This document shows positions 10,730 through 20,741 of a DNA stretch of 21,034 nucleotides, piece after piece. The translations under genes and the position numbers were made by a program. Under the pieces are notes generated by a model. It saw only the letters and a program-made list of their open reading frames with translations, made no database searches and was not told the origin of the DNA. Source of the DNA: Octopus sinensis (Eukaryota); NCBI RefSeq assembly GCF_006345805.1, contig NW_021823793.1, positions 1 to 21,034 on the forward strand, read 5' to 3'. The first letter of the stretch is position 1. Every line of letters begins with the position of its first letter.

Positions 10730-11140
10730 AGGCGCATGCGTGGATGTGTGGTAAGAAGCTTCTCCAACCACACGGTTCCCGGTTCAGTCCCACTGCGCGG
10801 CACCTAGAGCAAGTGTCTTCTACTATAGCCTCGGTCCGACCAAAGTCTTATGAGTGGATTTGGTAGACGGAAACTGAAAGAAGCTCGTCGTATCTATCTA
10901 CCTATGTGTGTGTGTTTGTCTTTGTGTCTGTGTTTGTCCCCACTCTTAACCGCTTGAGAACCGGTGATGGTATGTTTACGTCCCCGTAATTAATGGTTCG
11001 GCAAAAGGGACCAATAGAATAAGTACTAGGCTTTAAAAAATTATAGTTCATGGGGTCGATCTGTTCGACTAAAAACCCTTCGAGGCGGTGCCCCTGCATG
11101 GCCGCAACCAAGTGACTGAAACAAGTGAAATAATAAAAGA
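10730..11140 (+). mobile_element. SINE family A, diverged or variant subfamily, full length
   Basis: Head, core-like segment, short internal microsatellite and variant tail (GGCGGTGCCCCTGCATGGCCGCA..GACTGAAACAAG). Confidence 0.85.
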
Positions 11141-11142
11141 AC

Positions 11143-11156
11143 AGACAGACAGATAC

Positions 11157-11243
<87 letters not shown>

Positions 11244-11310
11244 TGCAGACAGACAGACAGATTGATAGTTAGAAAGATAGACGGACAGATATATATACAT
11301 ACATACATGC
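11143..11310. repeat. (GACA)n(GATA)n compound microsatellite at the SINE 3' end
   Basis: Directly visible. Confidence 0.95.
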
Positions 11311-11320
11311 ATATATATAT

Positions 11321-11405
11321 GTTCAACTTCACTAAAATGTTCCTAAGCTATTCAGTAACAACTTTAGCCGTGTGAATTGTTGCATTATCATCCTGAAAGA
11401 CTGCG

Positions 11406-11410
<5 letters not shown>
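11321..11410 (-). pseudogene. Inverted Tc1 transposase fragment: overlap with, and continuation of, 9832-9870
   Basis: 11372-11410 is the exact reverse complement of 9832-9870 (39/39). The minus strand continues for 51 nt, reading FQDDNATIH-TAKVVTE*. Confidence 0.9.
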
Positions 11411-11440
<30 letters not shown>

Positions 11441-11668
11441 GTGTGTGTGTATGTTTGTATGTCTCTGCTTGTCCTCCCAACATCGCTTGACAACCGATGG
11501 TGGTGTTTTTATGTCCCCGTAACTTAGCGGTTCGGCAAAAGAGACCGATAGAATAAGTACTAGGCTTACAAAGAATAAGTTCTGGGGTCGATTTGCCCGA
11601 CTAAAGGTGGTGCTCCAGCATGGCCACAGTCAAATGACTGAAACAAGTAAAAGAGTAAAAGAGTAAAT
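11411..11668 (+). mobile_element. SINE family A, 3' half only ((TG)n plus tail)
   Basis: Starts in (TG)n with no head. The tail ends GAAACAAGTAAAAGAGTAAAAGAGTAAA. Confidence 0.9.
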
Positions 11669-11669
11669 A

Positions 11670-11965
11670 TATACGATTCTAGCAATCACAACCAATACAC
11701 ACAGACACATACACACATACGTAAACACGTACATGTACACACATACATACACCGCCTTGACAATTACAAGACACTCACATAAACACACCCACACATACAC
11801 AGATACACACACAAACACGCAAATACAACACAAAACCACACACGCATGTATATACACACACACAAACACAATATGCCCGTTCCCCAGTAAAAAATCACAC
11901 ACACACTCCCAAAGAGAAAACACACACATATATACACGCAATACAATTCCAACAATAACAACAAA
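11670..11965. repeat. Degenerate CA-rich low-complexity tract
   Basis: Directly visible. Confidence 0.85.
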
Positions 11966-11966
11966 C

Positions 11967-12450
11967 AGACGCAGGAGTGGCTGTGTGGTAAGTAGCTTGC
12001 TTACCAACCACATGGTTCCGGGTTCAGTCCCACTGCGTGGCATCTTGGGCAAGTGTCTTCTACTATAGCCGTCGGGCCGACCAAAGCCTTGTGAGTGGAT
12101 TTGGTAGACGGAAACTGAAAGAAAACCGTCGTATATATATTATATATATAAATATATATATATATAATTATACTATTATATATATGTGTGTGTGTGTGTG
12201 GTGTGTGTGTGTGGTGTGTGTGTGTGTGTGTGTGCGTGTATGTTGTGTGTTTGTGTTTGTCCCCCTAGCATTGCTTGACAACCGATGGTGGTGTGTTTAT
12301 GTCCCCGTAACTTAGCGGTTCGGCAATGGAGACCGATAGAATAAGTACTAGGCTTACAAAGAATAAGTCCCGGGGTCGAGTTGCTCGACTAAAGGCGGTG
12401 CTCCAGCATGGCCGCAGTCAAATGACTGAAACAAGTAAAAGAAAAAAAAA
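11967..12450 (+). mobile_element. SINE family A, full length
   Basis: AGACGCAGGAGTGGCTGTGTGGTAAG head, GGTTCAGTCCC B box, internal (TA)/(TG) tract, complete tail and A-rich end. Confidence 0.93.
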
Positions 12451-13136
12451 CACTCACAAACACACACATATACACACATACACACACACAAGCACACAAA
12501 CACATCCACACGTATACACACACACTGCACAAACACTACAAAACATTCACAATAATACACCCAAACATATGCACGCACCACACAGAATAATAACATACAC
12601 ACTTGCACTCACACGTACACACACACACTTCGCCACCAGAAATATAGCACATACACCCGAAAACTACATAAGCCACACCCACATATATATACACACACAC
12701 AGATACACATACACTGTACAAACATGTACGTACACGCACACATATACACACCACCCAGATAAACGTAACACACACATTGACACACACAGAACCCTTGACA
12801 AATACAACACAAGCACGCACACGTACACTCCACCACACACATACATACGGTTATACACGCACACATACACATACTCACGTACACGCACATAACATCTCCA
12901 CCAACAAATCACATACAAACATGCACACGCACACACACAGATGCACACATAAACACACATGAACAAACACATACACACAAACACATACGCACACATGCGC
13001 ACACACAGCACCCTGACAAATACAAATCACACACACATCCATACACACAAACGTACTCACGTATACACGCACCATCCTGCTGAATATAAAATACACACAT
13101 CGCATTGAACTCTAACCATCCCCACACACAAACACA

Positions 13137-13199
<63 letters not shown>

Positions 13200-13230
13200 A
13201 CACATAGAAACGTGCACAGAGATACACACA
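12451..13230. repeat. Long degenerate (CA)n-rich tract with a pure (CA)n core near 13140-13194
   Basis: Directly visible. Confidence 0.9.
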
Positions 13231-13805
13231 CACTCACACAATTTTGAACTCTAAGACCAGTCCCAGAAACCACTGAACCATGACAGATTAGTCGAGAAAC
13301 AAAACCATCCTTTTGATTCCACAATGCTCTCCCCCACCAACCAATCACCCACACTATTCTTAAAAATAGCAAACATTTCTTATACACACACTACAAGACA
13401 GGAGATGAAGGATGGAAACGTTGGTCATTCCCCTAAAACCCTGCATAAATACTTAAATATGATTCCTTCTGTATATATGCTTCTATATAACCATGATTTA
13501 TTGATGAACGTAAAAAAAATATAAATTTATTTTACTACCCATTTTGAACACTTTCATGTAAACGGTTTAAACAAAAAATCCCTTTTAAAATTTTCTTATC
13601 ATTGTCAAAGATTCTATTTTTTAACATTTTCTTGTCATTATCAAAGACTGTATAACTGTATCTTAATACAATTATGATAACCATTTTTTAAAACACAACA
13701 AAGCTTATACAAAGCTCTACATTTTACTTTTAATAATCTTTTTTAAAAAAAAGTTAAACCAGTCAAGTCAATAAACATCTTTAAATGACCACTGCATTTT
13801 CAACC

Positions 13806-14170
<365 letters not shown>

Positions 14171-14214
14171 CTTTATTAGTAAAGCTTCAAAATACATCAC
14201 AAAAATATCACAAA

Positions 14215-14256
14215 AACTGCTACTCAGAGTTTCACAGTCCCTTTCGTCAGACAGCT
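14215..14256 (-). ncRNA. Candidate minimal type I hammerhead ribozyme (helix II degraded)
   Basis: Minus strand: AGCTGT-CTGACGA-AAGGGACTGT-GAAA-CTCTGAG-TA-GCAGTT. The core is intact, helix I has 6 bp (2 G.U), and helix III ACTC-T-GAGT is quasi-palindromic. Confidence 0.5.
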
Positions 14257-14391
14257 GTGATTAAGAATGGAACAAGAATTAAGGTTAACCTTGCGATGTT
14301 TTTGAAAATTTGATAATAAAGCACACTACTCTACCTCCAGCATTCGAGCACTATATTTTCTCACCTTATTTTATATTTGTGTGGTGAGTCT

Positions 14392-14430
<39 letters not shown>

Positions 14431-14753
14431 CAGTTTTGTGAAATGAACAGAGGTGTAACAAGTTTCTTATCATATATCAGGAAATTATACCCATCTTATT
14501 ATGGATTAATCATGAATAGATGCATCGTCTGTGAGTATGAAATATCTCCTCATATCTCCGGTAATTTGTACCTACATTATGGATGGATTCACCTTCTCTG
14601 TGAAGCTAACAAGCTTTTTTAAAACCTGTTATAAGACTGTGCACCATCATTAGAGAACTTTGCTTACAACCTAAATTTGCTTTTTATAGAACTATCTCCG
14701 ATACTTCATGAGTGTAGCCTCACCCACTAGGATGCTTGGAGAACTCATATGTG

Positions 14754-14835
14754 TTTTGGCTGATGAGTACGGGACACTTGTATTATTTGCAGCTTTTAGT
14801 AAAGCTTGTCTTCGTATGAAACAATTGTACTGAAA
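14754..14835 (+). ncRNA. Candidate type I hammerhead ribozyme with extended helix II and palindromic helix III
   Basis: TTTTGG-CTGATGA-GTAC[43 nt]GTAT-GAAA-CAATTG-TA-CTGAAA. All core nucleotides are present, helices I, II and III can pair, and the cleavage triplet is GUA. Confidence 0.62.
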
Positions 14836-14873
14836 AACTAATCCATTCTTGTTGCTTTTTTATCGTATATATA

Positions 14874-15280
14874 TACTCTTTACTCTTTTTACTCTTTTAC
14901 TTGTTTCAGTCATTTGACTGCGGCCATGCTGGAGCACCGCCTTTTAGTCGAGCAAATCGACCCCGGGACTTATTCTTTGTAAGCCCAGTACTTATTCTAT
15001 CGGTCTCTTTGCCGAACCGCTAAGTGACGGGGACGTAAACACACCAACATCGGTTTTGTCAAGCAAGTTAGGAGGACAAACACAGACACACAAACACACA
15101 CACATTATATATATATATATATGACAGGCTTCTTTCAGTTTCGTCTACCAAATCCACTCACAAGGCATTGGTCGGCCGGGGCTATAGCAGAAGAAACTTG
15201 CCCAAGATGGCACGCAGTGGGACTGAACCCGGAACCATGTGGTTGGTTAGCAAGCTACTTACCACACAGCCATCCTGCGC

Positions 15281-15281
<1 letters not shown>
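14874..15281 (-). mobile_element. SINE family A, full length, tail ending in tandem (GAGTAAAA)n units
   Basis: Complete head, core-like segment, short microsatellite and tail on the minus strand. Confidence 0.93.
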
Positions 15282-15317
<36 letters not shown>

Positions 15318-15661
15318 ATATATATATAATACTAATAATATTAGGGAATATAATTCCAAACTCAGGAAAAAATTCAATTTAGAATACAAATCAATATTTC
15401 ACTAAAATAATATATATTATATATATATATATATATATTATAATAATCCAGGTTTCTCGGAGCACTAGGCCACTTGGTGTTGAATGGATATACTATTAAA
15501 TTAGTATCTAATTCTCTCACCCTTATAATTAATTATATATATATATATATTTAATGAAATGGATAAATGAATTATCTTGTTACGGATTATTCAAAATTTA
15601 ACCGATACCTGTGTAGGAATTTTGTAGAATCTTCGTTCGGCTCCATTTCTTCCCTTCACGA

Positions 15662-15687
<26 letters not shown>

Positions 15688-15692
<5 letters not shown>

Positions 15693-15927
15693 TAGAAAAG
15701 AAACACCTTTTATCAATTCAACAATGAAAAATTTAATTATACCATATGGAAAAAAATCCTATAAAAAAAATTAAATATAAGATAAAAACATATACCAATG
15801 ATTTAAGTAATGTACAAAATAATATCGTATATTTAAATTTTTCTTTAGGATGTAATTTTTTTTCTATATAGTATAATTAAATGTTTACATTGTTGAATTT
15901 ATAAAAGGTGTGTTTTTTTCTAATTTA
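15688..15927. repeat. Imperfect AT-rich inverted repeat (about 100-bp arms) bounded by (TA)n
   Basis: 15688-15784 (TAAATTAGAAAAGAAACACCTTTTATCAATTCAACAATG..) aligns with the reverse complement of 15823-15927. Confidence 0.8.
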
Positions 15928-16047
15928 TATACATACATATATATATATATATGTATGTATGTATGTCTGACCATTCTGTCCGAGTCAGACGCCATGATAG
16001 ATCGTTAGCCACTACACACATTTTTTTCTCTCCTTGTTTTTTTCTGT

Positions 16048-16089
16048 GTCCGTTTCTGTAGAAGAGCGTAGGCTCGAAACGTAAAAGAC
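16048..16089 (+). ncRNA. Candidate minimal hammerhead-like motif with one core substitution
   Basis: GTCCGTTT-CTGTAGA-A-GAGC GTAG GCTC-GAAA-CG-TA-AAAGAC. Helix II is a perfect 4 bp, helix III is the ACGT palindrome, and the core reads CUGUAGA instead of CUGANGA. Confidence 0.42.
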
Positions 16090-16729
16090 TTTTTCTATTC
16101 CTGAGCGCTATACTAATACATCTGTTTGTTTTGTACACCACCTGTCTTCGCTTTTTGTTTTTTCCGTGAACTCTTCCCCCCCCTGTATATATATATATAT
16201 ATATACATATCCATCCAATTTACTGGGAGATTACGTTGATGTAATAATGTGAAACACGAACTGTACTCGACGACAGTAGCAAAAGCAAATGGGCTACAGG
16301 AGATGCACATATCGACAGGAAGATGGCAAATTCGATAAGGTGTAAGAAACACCTCAGTAGAAATGGCTAGAATTAGACGTCTTCATCGAACTGTTGGATG
16401 CTTACGATTCAGTTGAATTCGGATTTGTTAAACAAGGTATTGTATTAGATATATTCGCAAGAAGACGAAATGCAAAACTGGGATTGTTCTGGCAGCATTT
16501 TCTATCTGTAATGAGTTCACCAGTTCACTCTCCTTGAATTTTATGAAATAATACCATTCAACACAATGCAGGTCATGGACATTATCCGGAATACACGAAA
16601 CAATGTATTGCAACCCGGATATAACTCATCAAATCACCCACTATTATTGTTGAGACTTTTTTCAATTTATTTCTAAGTGGAAGTGTTCTCAGACAACCTT
16701 CACGCCCCGGACGCTATTAGTTATTTGAT

Positions 16730-16880
16730 GTGGTTGTGTGGTAAGAAGCTTGCTTCCCAACCACATTGTCCCGGGTTCAGTTCTCACTGCGTGGAACCTT
16801 GTGTCTTCTAGTATAGCCTCGGTCCGATCAAGGTCCCCTGAGGGAGCTTGGTTGACGGAAATTGAAAGACGACCGTCGTG
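16730..16880 (+). mobile_element. SINE family A, diverged 5' half, followed by CA/TA/TG microsatellites to about 17259
   Basis: GTGTGGTAAGAAGCTTGCTTCCCAACCAC..GGGTTCAG..GACGGAAATTGAAAGACGACCGTCG. Confidence 0.8.
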
Positions 16881-17218
16881 TTTTCACACACACACATACA
16901 CACACACGCGCGCACCACACACACACACACACACCACACACACAGAAACACGCATACACACACATGTATATATATATATGTACATTCGTGAGCGTGAGTG
17001 CGCAGCTTGTGTGTATGTGTGTGTATATGTATATGTGAATGTATGTGCATGTATACACACACACACACGCACACACACACACACACACAACACACACACA
17101 TATATATGCATGTATATATACATATATATGTAGGTATGTACATATATGTATGTATTTATGCATACATTTATATATTATTTATATTATATATTGGTGCCTT
17201 TTACCATTTATCTACTTT

Positions 17219-17259
<41 letters not shown>

Positions 17260-17260
<1 letters not shown>

Positions 17261-17520
17261 GAGGCGCGTGGCTTAGTGGTTAGGGTGTTGGACTCCTGAT
17301 CGTAAGGTTGTGGTTTCGATTCCTGGACCGGGTGACGCGTTGTGTTCTTGAGCAAAACACTTCATTTCACGTTGTTCCAGTCCACTCAGCTGGCAAAAAT
17401 GAGTAACGCTGTGATGGACCGGCTTCCCGTCCAGGTGGGGGATTTCTACGCCACTGAAACCTGGAAACCGGCCCTTAAGAGCCTGGAATGGCTCGAGAGG
17501 GAACATTTATTTATTTATTT

Positions 17521-17522
<2 letters not shown>
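17260..17522 (+). mobile_element. tRNA-derived SINE, family D, with (TTTA)n tail
   Basis: GGAGGCGCGTGGCTTAGTGGTTAGG (A box) and GGTTTCGATTCC (B box). The body includes TGTGTTCTTGAGCAAAACACTT and GTGATGGACCGGCTTCCCGTCCAGG, and it ends in (TTTA)n. Confidence 0.82.
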
Positions 17523-17570
<48 letters not shown>

Positions 17571-17572
<2 letters not shown>

Positions 17573-17854
17573 AATAATAATATTAGGGAGTATAACTCCA
17601 AACTTACAGTGACAAAAATTCAATTTAGTATTAAATCAAATTTCACAGTATAAATATATAAAATATGAATTAGAGATAAAACTACTATTATGCAACTCAA
17701 ACAGTGATAGACATAACCATAATAAATAAATATAATTGATAATACCTCTAGGAAAGAATATATTTTGAAACTTAATAATATTATTATGTTTATCATTCAT
17801 TTTATACTTTTTGAAAAAAAAATATATTATATATATATATATATAATATATATA

Positions 17855-17898
<44 letters not shown>

Positions 17899-18270
17899 AT
17901 ATTATATATTATTTAATTATATATATTATTTGTTATTTATGTATTGGTTTATGTCTATCACTGTTTTAGTTGTATAAAGTGGTTTTATCTCTAATTCTAT
18001 TTTATATATTTATACTGTGAAATTTGATTTAATACTAAATAGAATTTTTCCCTGTAAGTTTGGAGTTATACTTCCTAATATTATTATTATTATTGATAGC
18101 TTACGTTTATTGAGTGTATTTAATCTTAATTTCGTATGTTATGGAACTTACAGGTAAGATGGAACCGCTATTTTGGAATTCATCTCTGAAGGATATTCCA
18201 ATACCCTCTAGGAAAGAATATATTTTGAAACTCATTAATATTATTATATTTATCATTCATTTTATACTTT

Positions 18271-18323
<53 letters not shown>

Positions 18324-18498
18324 ATATATACTATATTATATATTATATTAATTATATATATATTATTTGTTATTTATGTATTGGTTTATGTCTATCACTG
18401 TTTGAGTTGCCTAATAGTGGTTTTATCTCTAATTCATATTTTATAAACACATATATAATATATACAATAATAATATATATAATTGATAATACCCTCTA
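17571..18498. mobile_element. Probable Penelope-like element relic: AT-rich repeat unit in direct and inverted arrangement plus a short ORF N-terminus
   Basis: 17571-17736 is an inverted copy of 17925-18094; 17737-17815 repeats at 18201-18275; 18361-18445 repeats 17925 onward. 18171-18236 encodes FWNSSLKDIPIPSRKEYILKLI, which resembles (from memory) the N-terminal SLKNIPIP motif of Penelope-like ORFs. Confidence 0.58.
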
Positions 18499-18508
18499 TA
18501 ATATTAGT

Positions 18509-18848
18509 GGAGGCGCAATGGCCCAGTGGTTAGGACAGCGGACTCGCGGTCGTAGGATCGCGGTTTCGATTCCCAGACTGGGCGTTGTGAGTGTTTATTG
18601 AGCGAAAACACCTAAATGTTCCACGAGGCTCCGGCAGGGGATGGTGGTGATCCCTGCTGTACTCTTTCACCACAACTTTCTCTTACTTCCTGTTTCTGTT
18701 GTACCTGTATTTCAAAGGGCCGACCTTGTCACTCTCTGTGTCACGCTGAATATCCCCGAGATATTTCACGAGCAGGCTGTTCCATTGATTCGGATCAACC
18801 GGAACCCTCGTCGTCGGAACCGACGGAGTGCTTCCACTACAATAATAA
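18509..18848 (+). mobile_element. tRNA-derived SINE, family C, with an internal deletion of about 50 nt relative to 645-1028
   Basis: A/B boxes are present and it aligns to the reverse complement of 645-1028. Confidence 0.87.
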
Positions 18849-18968
18849 GAAAATGGAAGGGATGAAGCGGTGATATTCACCAACTTTTAGACATATGTCT
18901 ATATATTTTTTAAAAAGGCAATTATATCAGTAAACTCTTTTGGAATTATATATATATATATTTGGTAT

Positions 18969-19152
18969 ACGGAAACTGAAAGAAGCCCGTCGTTTACATA
19001 TATATGTATTTGTATATATATATATGTATGTGTGTGTGTGGAGGGGCTATGTGTGCGTGTGTGTGGTATATGTATGCGTGCGTGTGCGCGCGCATCTTTG
19101 TGCCTGTTTCTTCACAACCAGTGCTGGTGCGTTTACGTCCCCGTAACTTAGC
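18969..19152 (+). mobile_element. SINE family A internal fragment spanning the microsatellite slot
   Basis: ACGGAAACTGAAAGAAGCCCGTCG, TA/TG tract, then GTTTACGTCCCCGTAACTTAGC. Confidence 0.8.
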
Positions 19153-19189
19153 CCTCCAATTCAACATTGCAGGCGTCGTGCGCAAACTA

Positions 19190-19755
19190 TTGGGCTGTCC
19201 GGAAAGTTCGTGCCGATTTATAGTAGCTTACCTTTCGACTTATTTTAGAAAATGGTTGAGTCCATAAAATAGGATTTGATTACACCTCTTTTAGAGTACA
19301 GTTTAAGCTATCTTTTTGTGGAAGTAGGTTTATGTTCCTATAACCTATGTTAATTCTGTAACCCTTTAAAATGGAAGATGAGAAAGTTCATTTTCAGCAC
19401 TTGATGCTTTGGGAACAAGACAAAAATTGCTGCAGCTCGGCTGGGATGTGTTACCCCCACCCTTCATATTCACCCGATATTGCTCCTTCGGATTTCCACA
19501 TATTCAGGTCTCTGCAGAAAAGTCTTAATGGTAAAAATTTTAATTCCTTGGATGACGTAAAAAGATACCTTGATGAATTCTTTGCCTTGAAACCACCTCA
19601 ATTCTGGGAAATGGGTATTTTCAAGTTAAAGGAAAGATAGAGACGCATTGTGCAACAAAATGGTTCATATTTGGCTGATCAAAAATGTAATGGTAAGTAT
19701 TTATTGACGTTTTTCTTTCCTTTAAAAATCGGCACGAACTTTCCGGACAAGCCAA
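19190..19755 (+). mobile_element. Internally deleted mariner (DD34D family) element, 566 bp
   Basis: 30-bp TIRs (19190-19219, 19726-19755; 28/30 match) with TA on both sides. It retains the start MEDEKVHFQHLMLWE joined to C-terminal TRQKLLQLGWDVLP..HPSYSPDIAPSDFHIFRSLQ. Confidence 0.92.
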
Positions 19756-20014
19756 TAGAAATGGTTGTCACAACCAGGCTGGCAGAATCGATAGAATGTC
19801 GGAAGGGATATATAATGGACTTATTGTATACAGTGCTCAAGTTCATTGCTTTACTGTATTTCTTCCCGTTGTTTATGTTCTTAAAAGCTCTATGAGTAAA
19901 GACATAACGAGCTGGGCACTTCCTGACGTCATTTAACTGTAAGCCATCTGTTTCTGCGTAGTTACGATTCATCAGTTTGGCCCACCGATTCATACACACA
20001 CATACACGTGTAGC

Positions 20015-20225
20015 TTTTTATCTTTTACTTGTCTCTGTCACTGGACTGCAGCCCTGTCAGGGAACCGTAGTGAGGGATTGAGTAAAAAAAATCGACATCC
20101 AGTAATTATTTTAAAACCATATACTTATTTTATCGGTCTAATTTGCCGAACCGCTAAGTGACAGGGACGTAAAAAAAACAACGCCGGTTGTCAAGCGATG
20201 GTAGGGGACAAACACAAACACACCG
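20015..20225 (-). mobile_element. SINE family A tail, diverged
   Basis: TTTGCCGAACCGCTAAGTGACAGGGACGTAAA..TGTCAAGCGATGG..GGGACAAACAC matches the reverse complement of the A tail. Confidence 0.7.
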
Positions 20226-20315
20226 GGGCGGGTGATCCGATCTCTTGAGAACCTCTGGACTACAGAGACTTCTGGGTTTTGCTTCCTTTTCTTTTCCATC
20301 CTTATTAGCCTTGCC

Positions 20316-20396
<81 letters not shown>

Positions 20397-20431
20397 CTTT
20401 ACATATTCTTTTTTCTTTTAATCTTTTATTC

Positions 20432-20545
20432 TTTATTTGTTTCAGTCATATGACGGCGATCATGCTGAACAAATCGACCCCAGGATATATTCTTTGTAAG
20501 CCTAGTACTTATTCTATCGTTCTCTTTTCCCGAACAGTTAAGTGA
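20432..20545 (-). mobile_element. SINE family A tail fragment
   Basis: TTGTTTCAGTCA..AAATCGACCCCAGG..TTCTTTGTAAGCCTAGTACTTATTCTATCG. Confidence 0.75.
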
Positions 20546-20741
20546 TTCTTCCTGTCGAAGGTCCCAGATGAACCTACCTCGCGGCAGGAGGCCCAAGTGG
20601 GGGAAGCGACATCAAACTCCCTTATCCACCAAATGCCACATATCACAGGAGGCTCTCAATAACAGTGTAGCAAAACGGCGGTGCTCCAGCATAGACACAG
20701 CTTTTAGCTGAACCAATAAAAGATATAAGTATACATATACA

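Noticed and set aside
11630-13387. Many His/Thr- or Cys/Val-rich ORFs (including 188 aa at 12326-12892)
   Set aside because: They are translations of CA-rich low-complexity DNA and SINE tails. The same applies to the ORFs at 7548-8037 and 16738-17299.
13392-13430. AGATGAAGGATGGAAACGTTGGTC, resembling a degenerate hammerhead
   Set aside because: It lacks the CUG of the core and has no helix II.
16220-16700. Non-repetitive-looking stretch with small ORFs (16428-16613 minus), a possible exon or old LINE fragment
   Set aside because: No motif I can recognise with confidence and no supportable splice pair; needs BLASTx or RNA-seq.
17260-17335. tRNA-like sequences with A/B boxes (also 18509, 1983, 11967)
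   Set aside because: They continue into SINE bodies shared among copies and do not fold into complete cloverleaves, so they are not called as tRNA genes.
19930-19985. Minus-strand CTGATGA..GAAAC
   Set aside because: No convincing helix I or III and an unpaired helix II base; compatible with chance.
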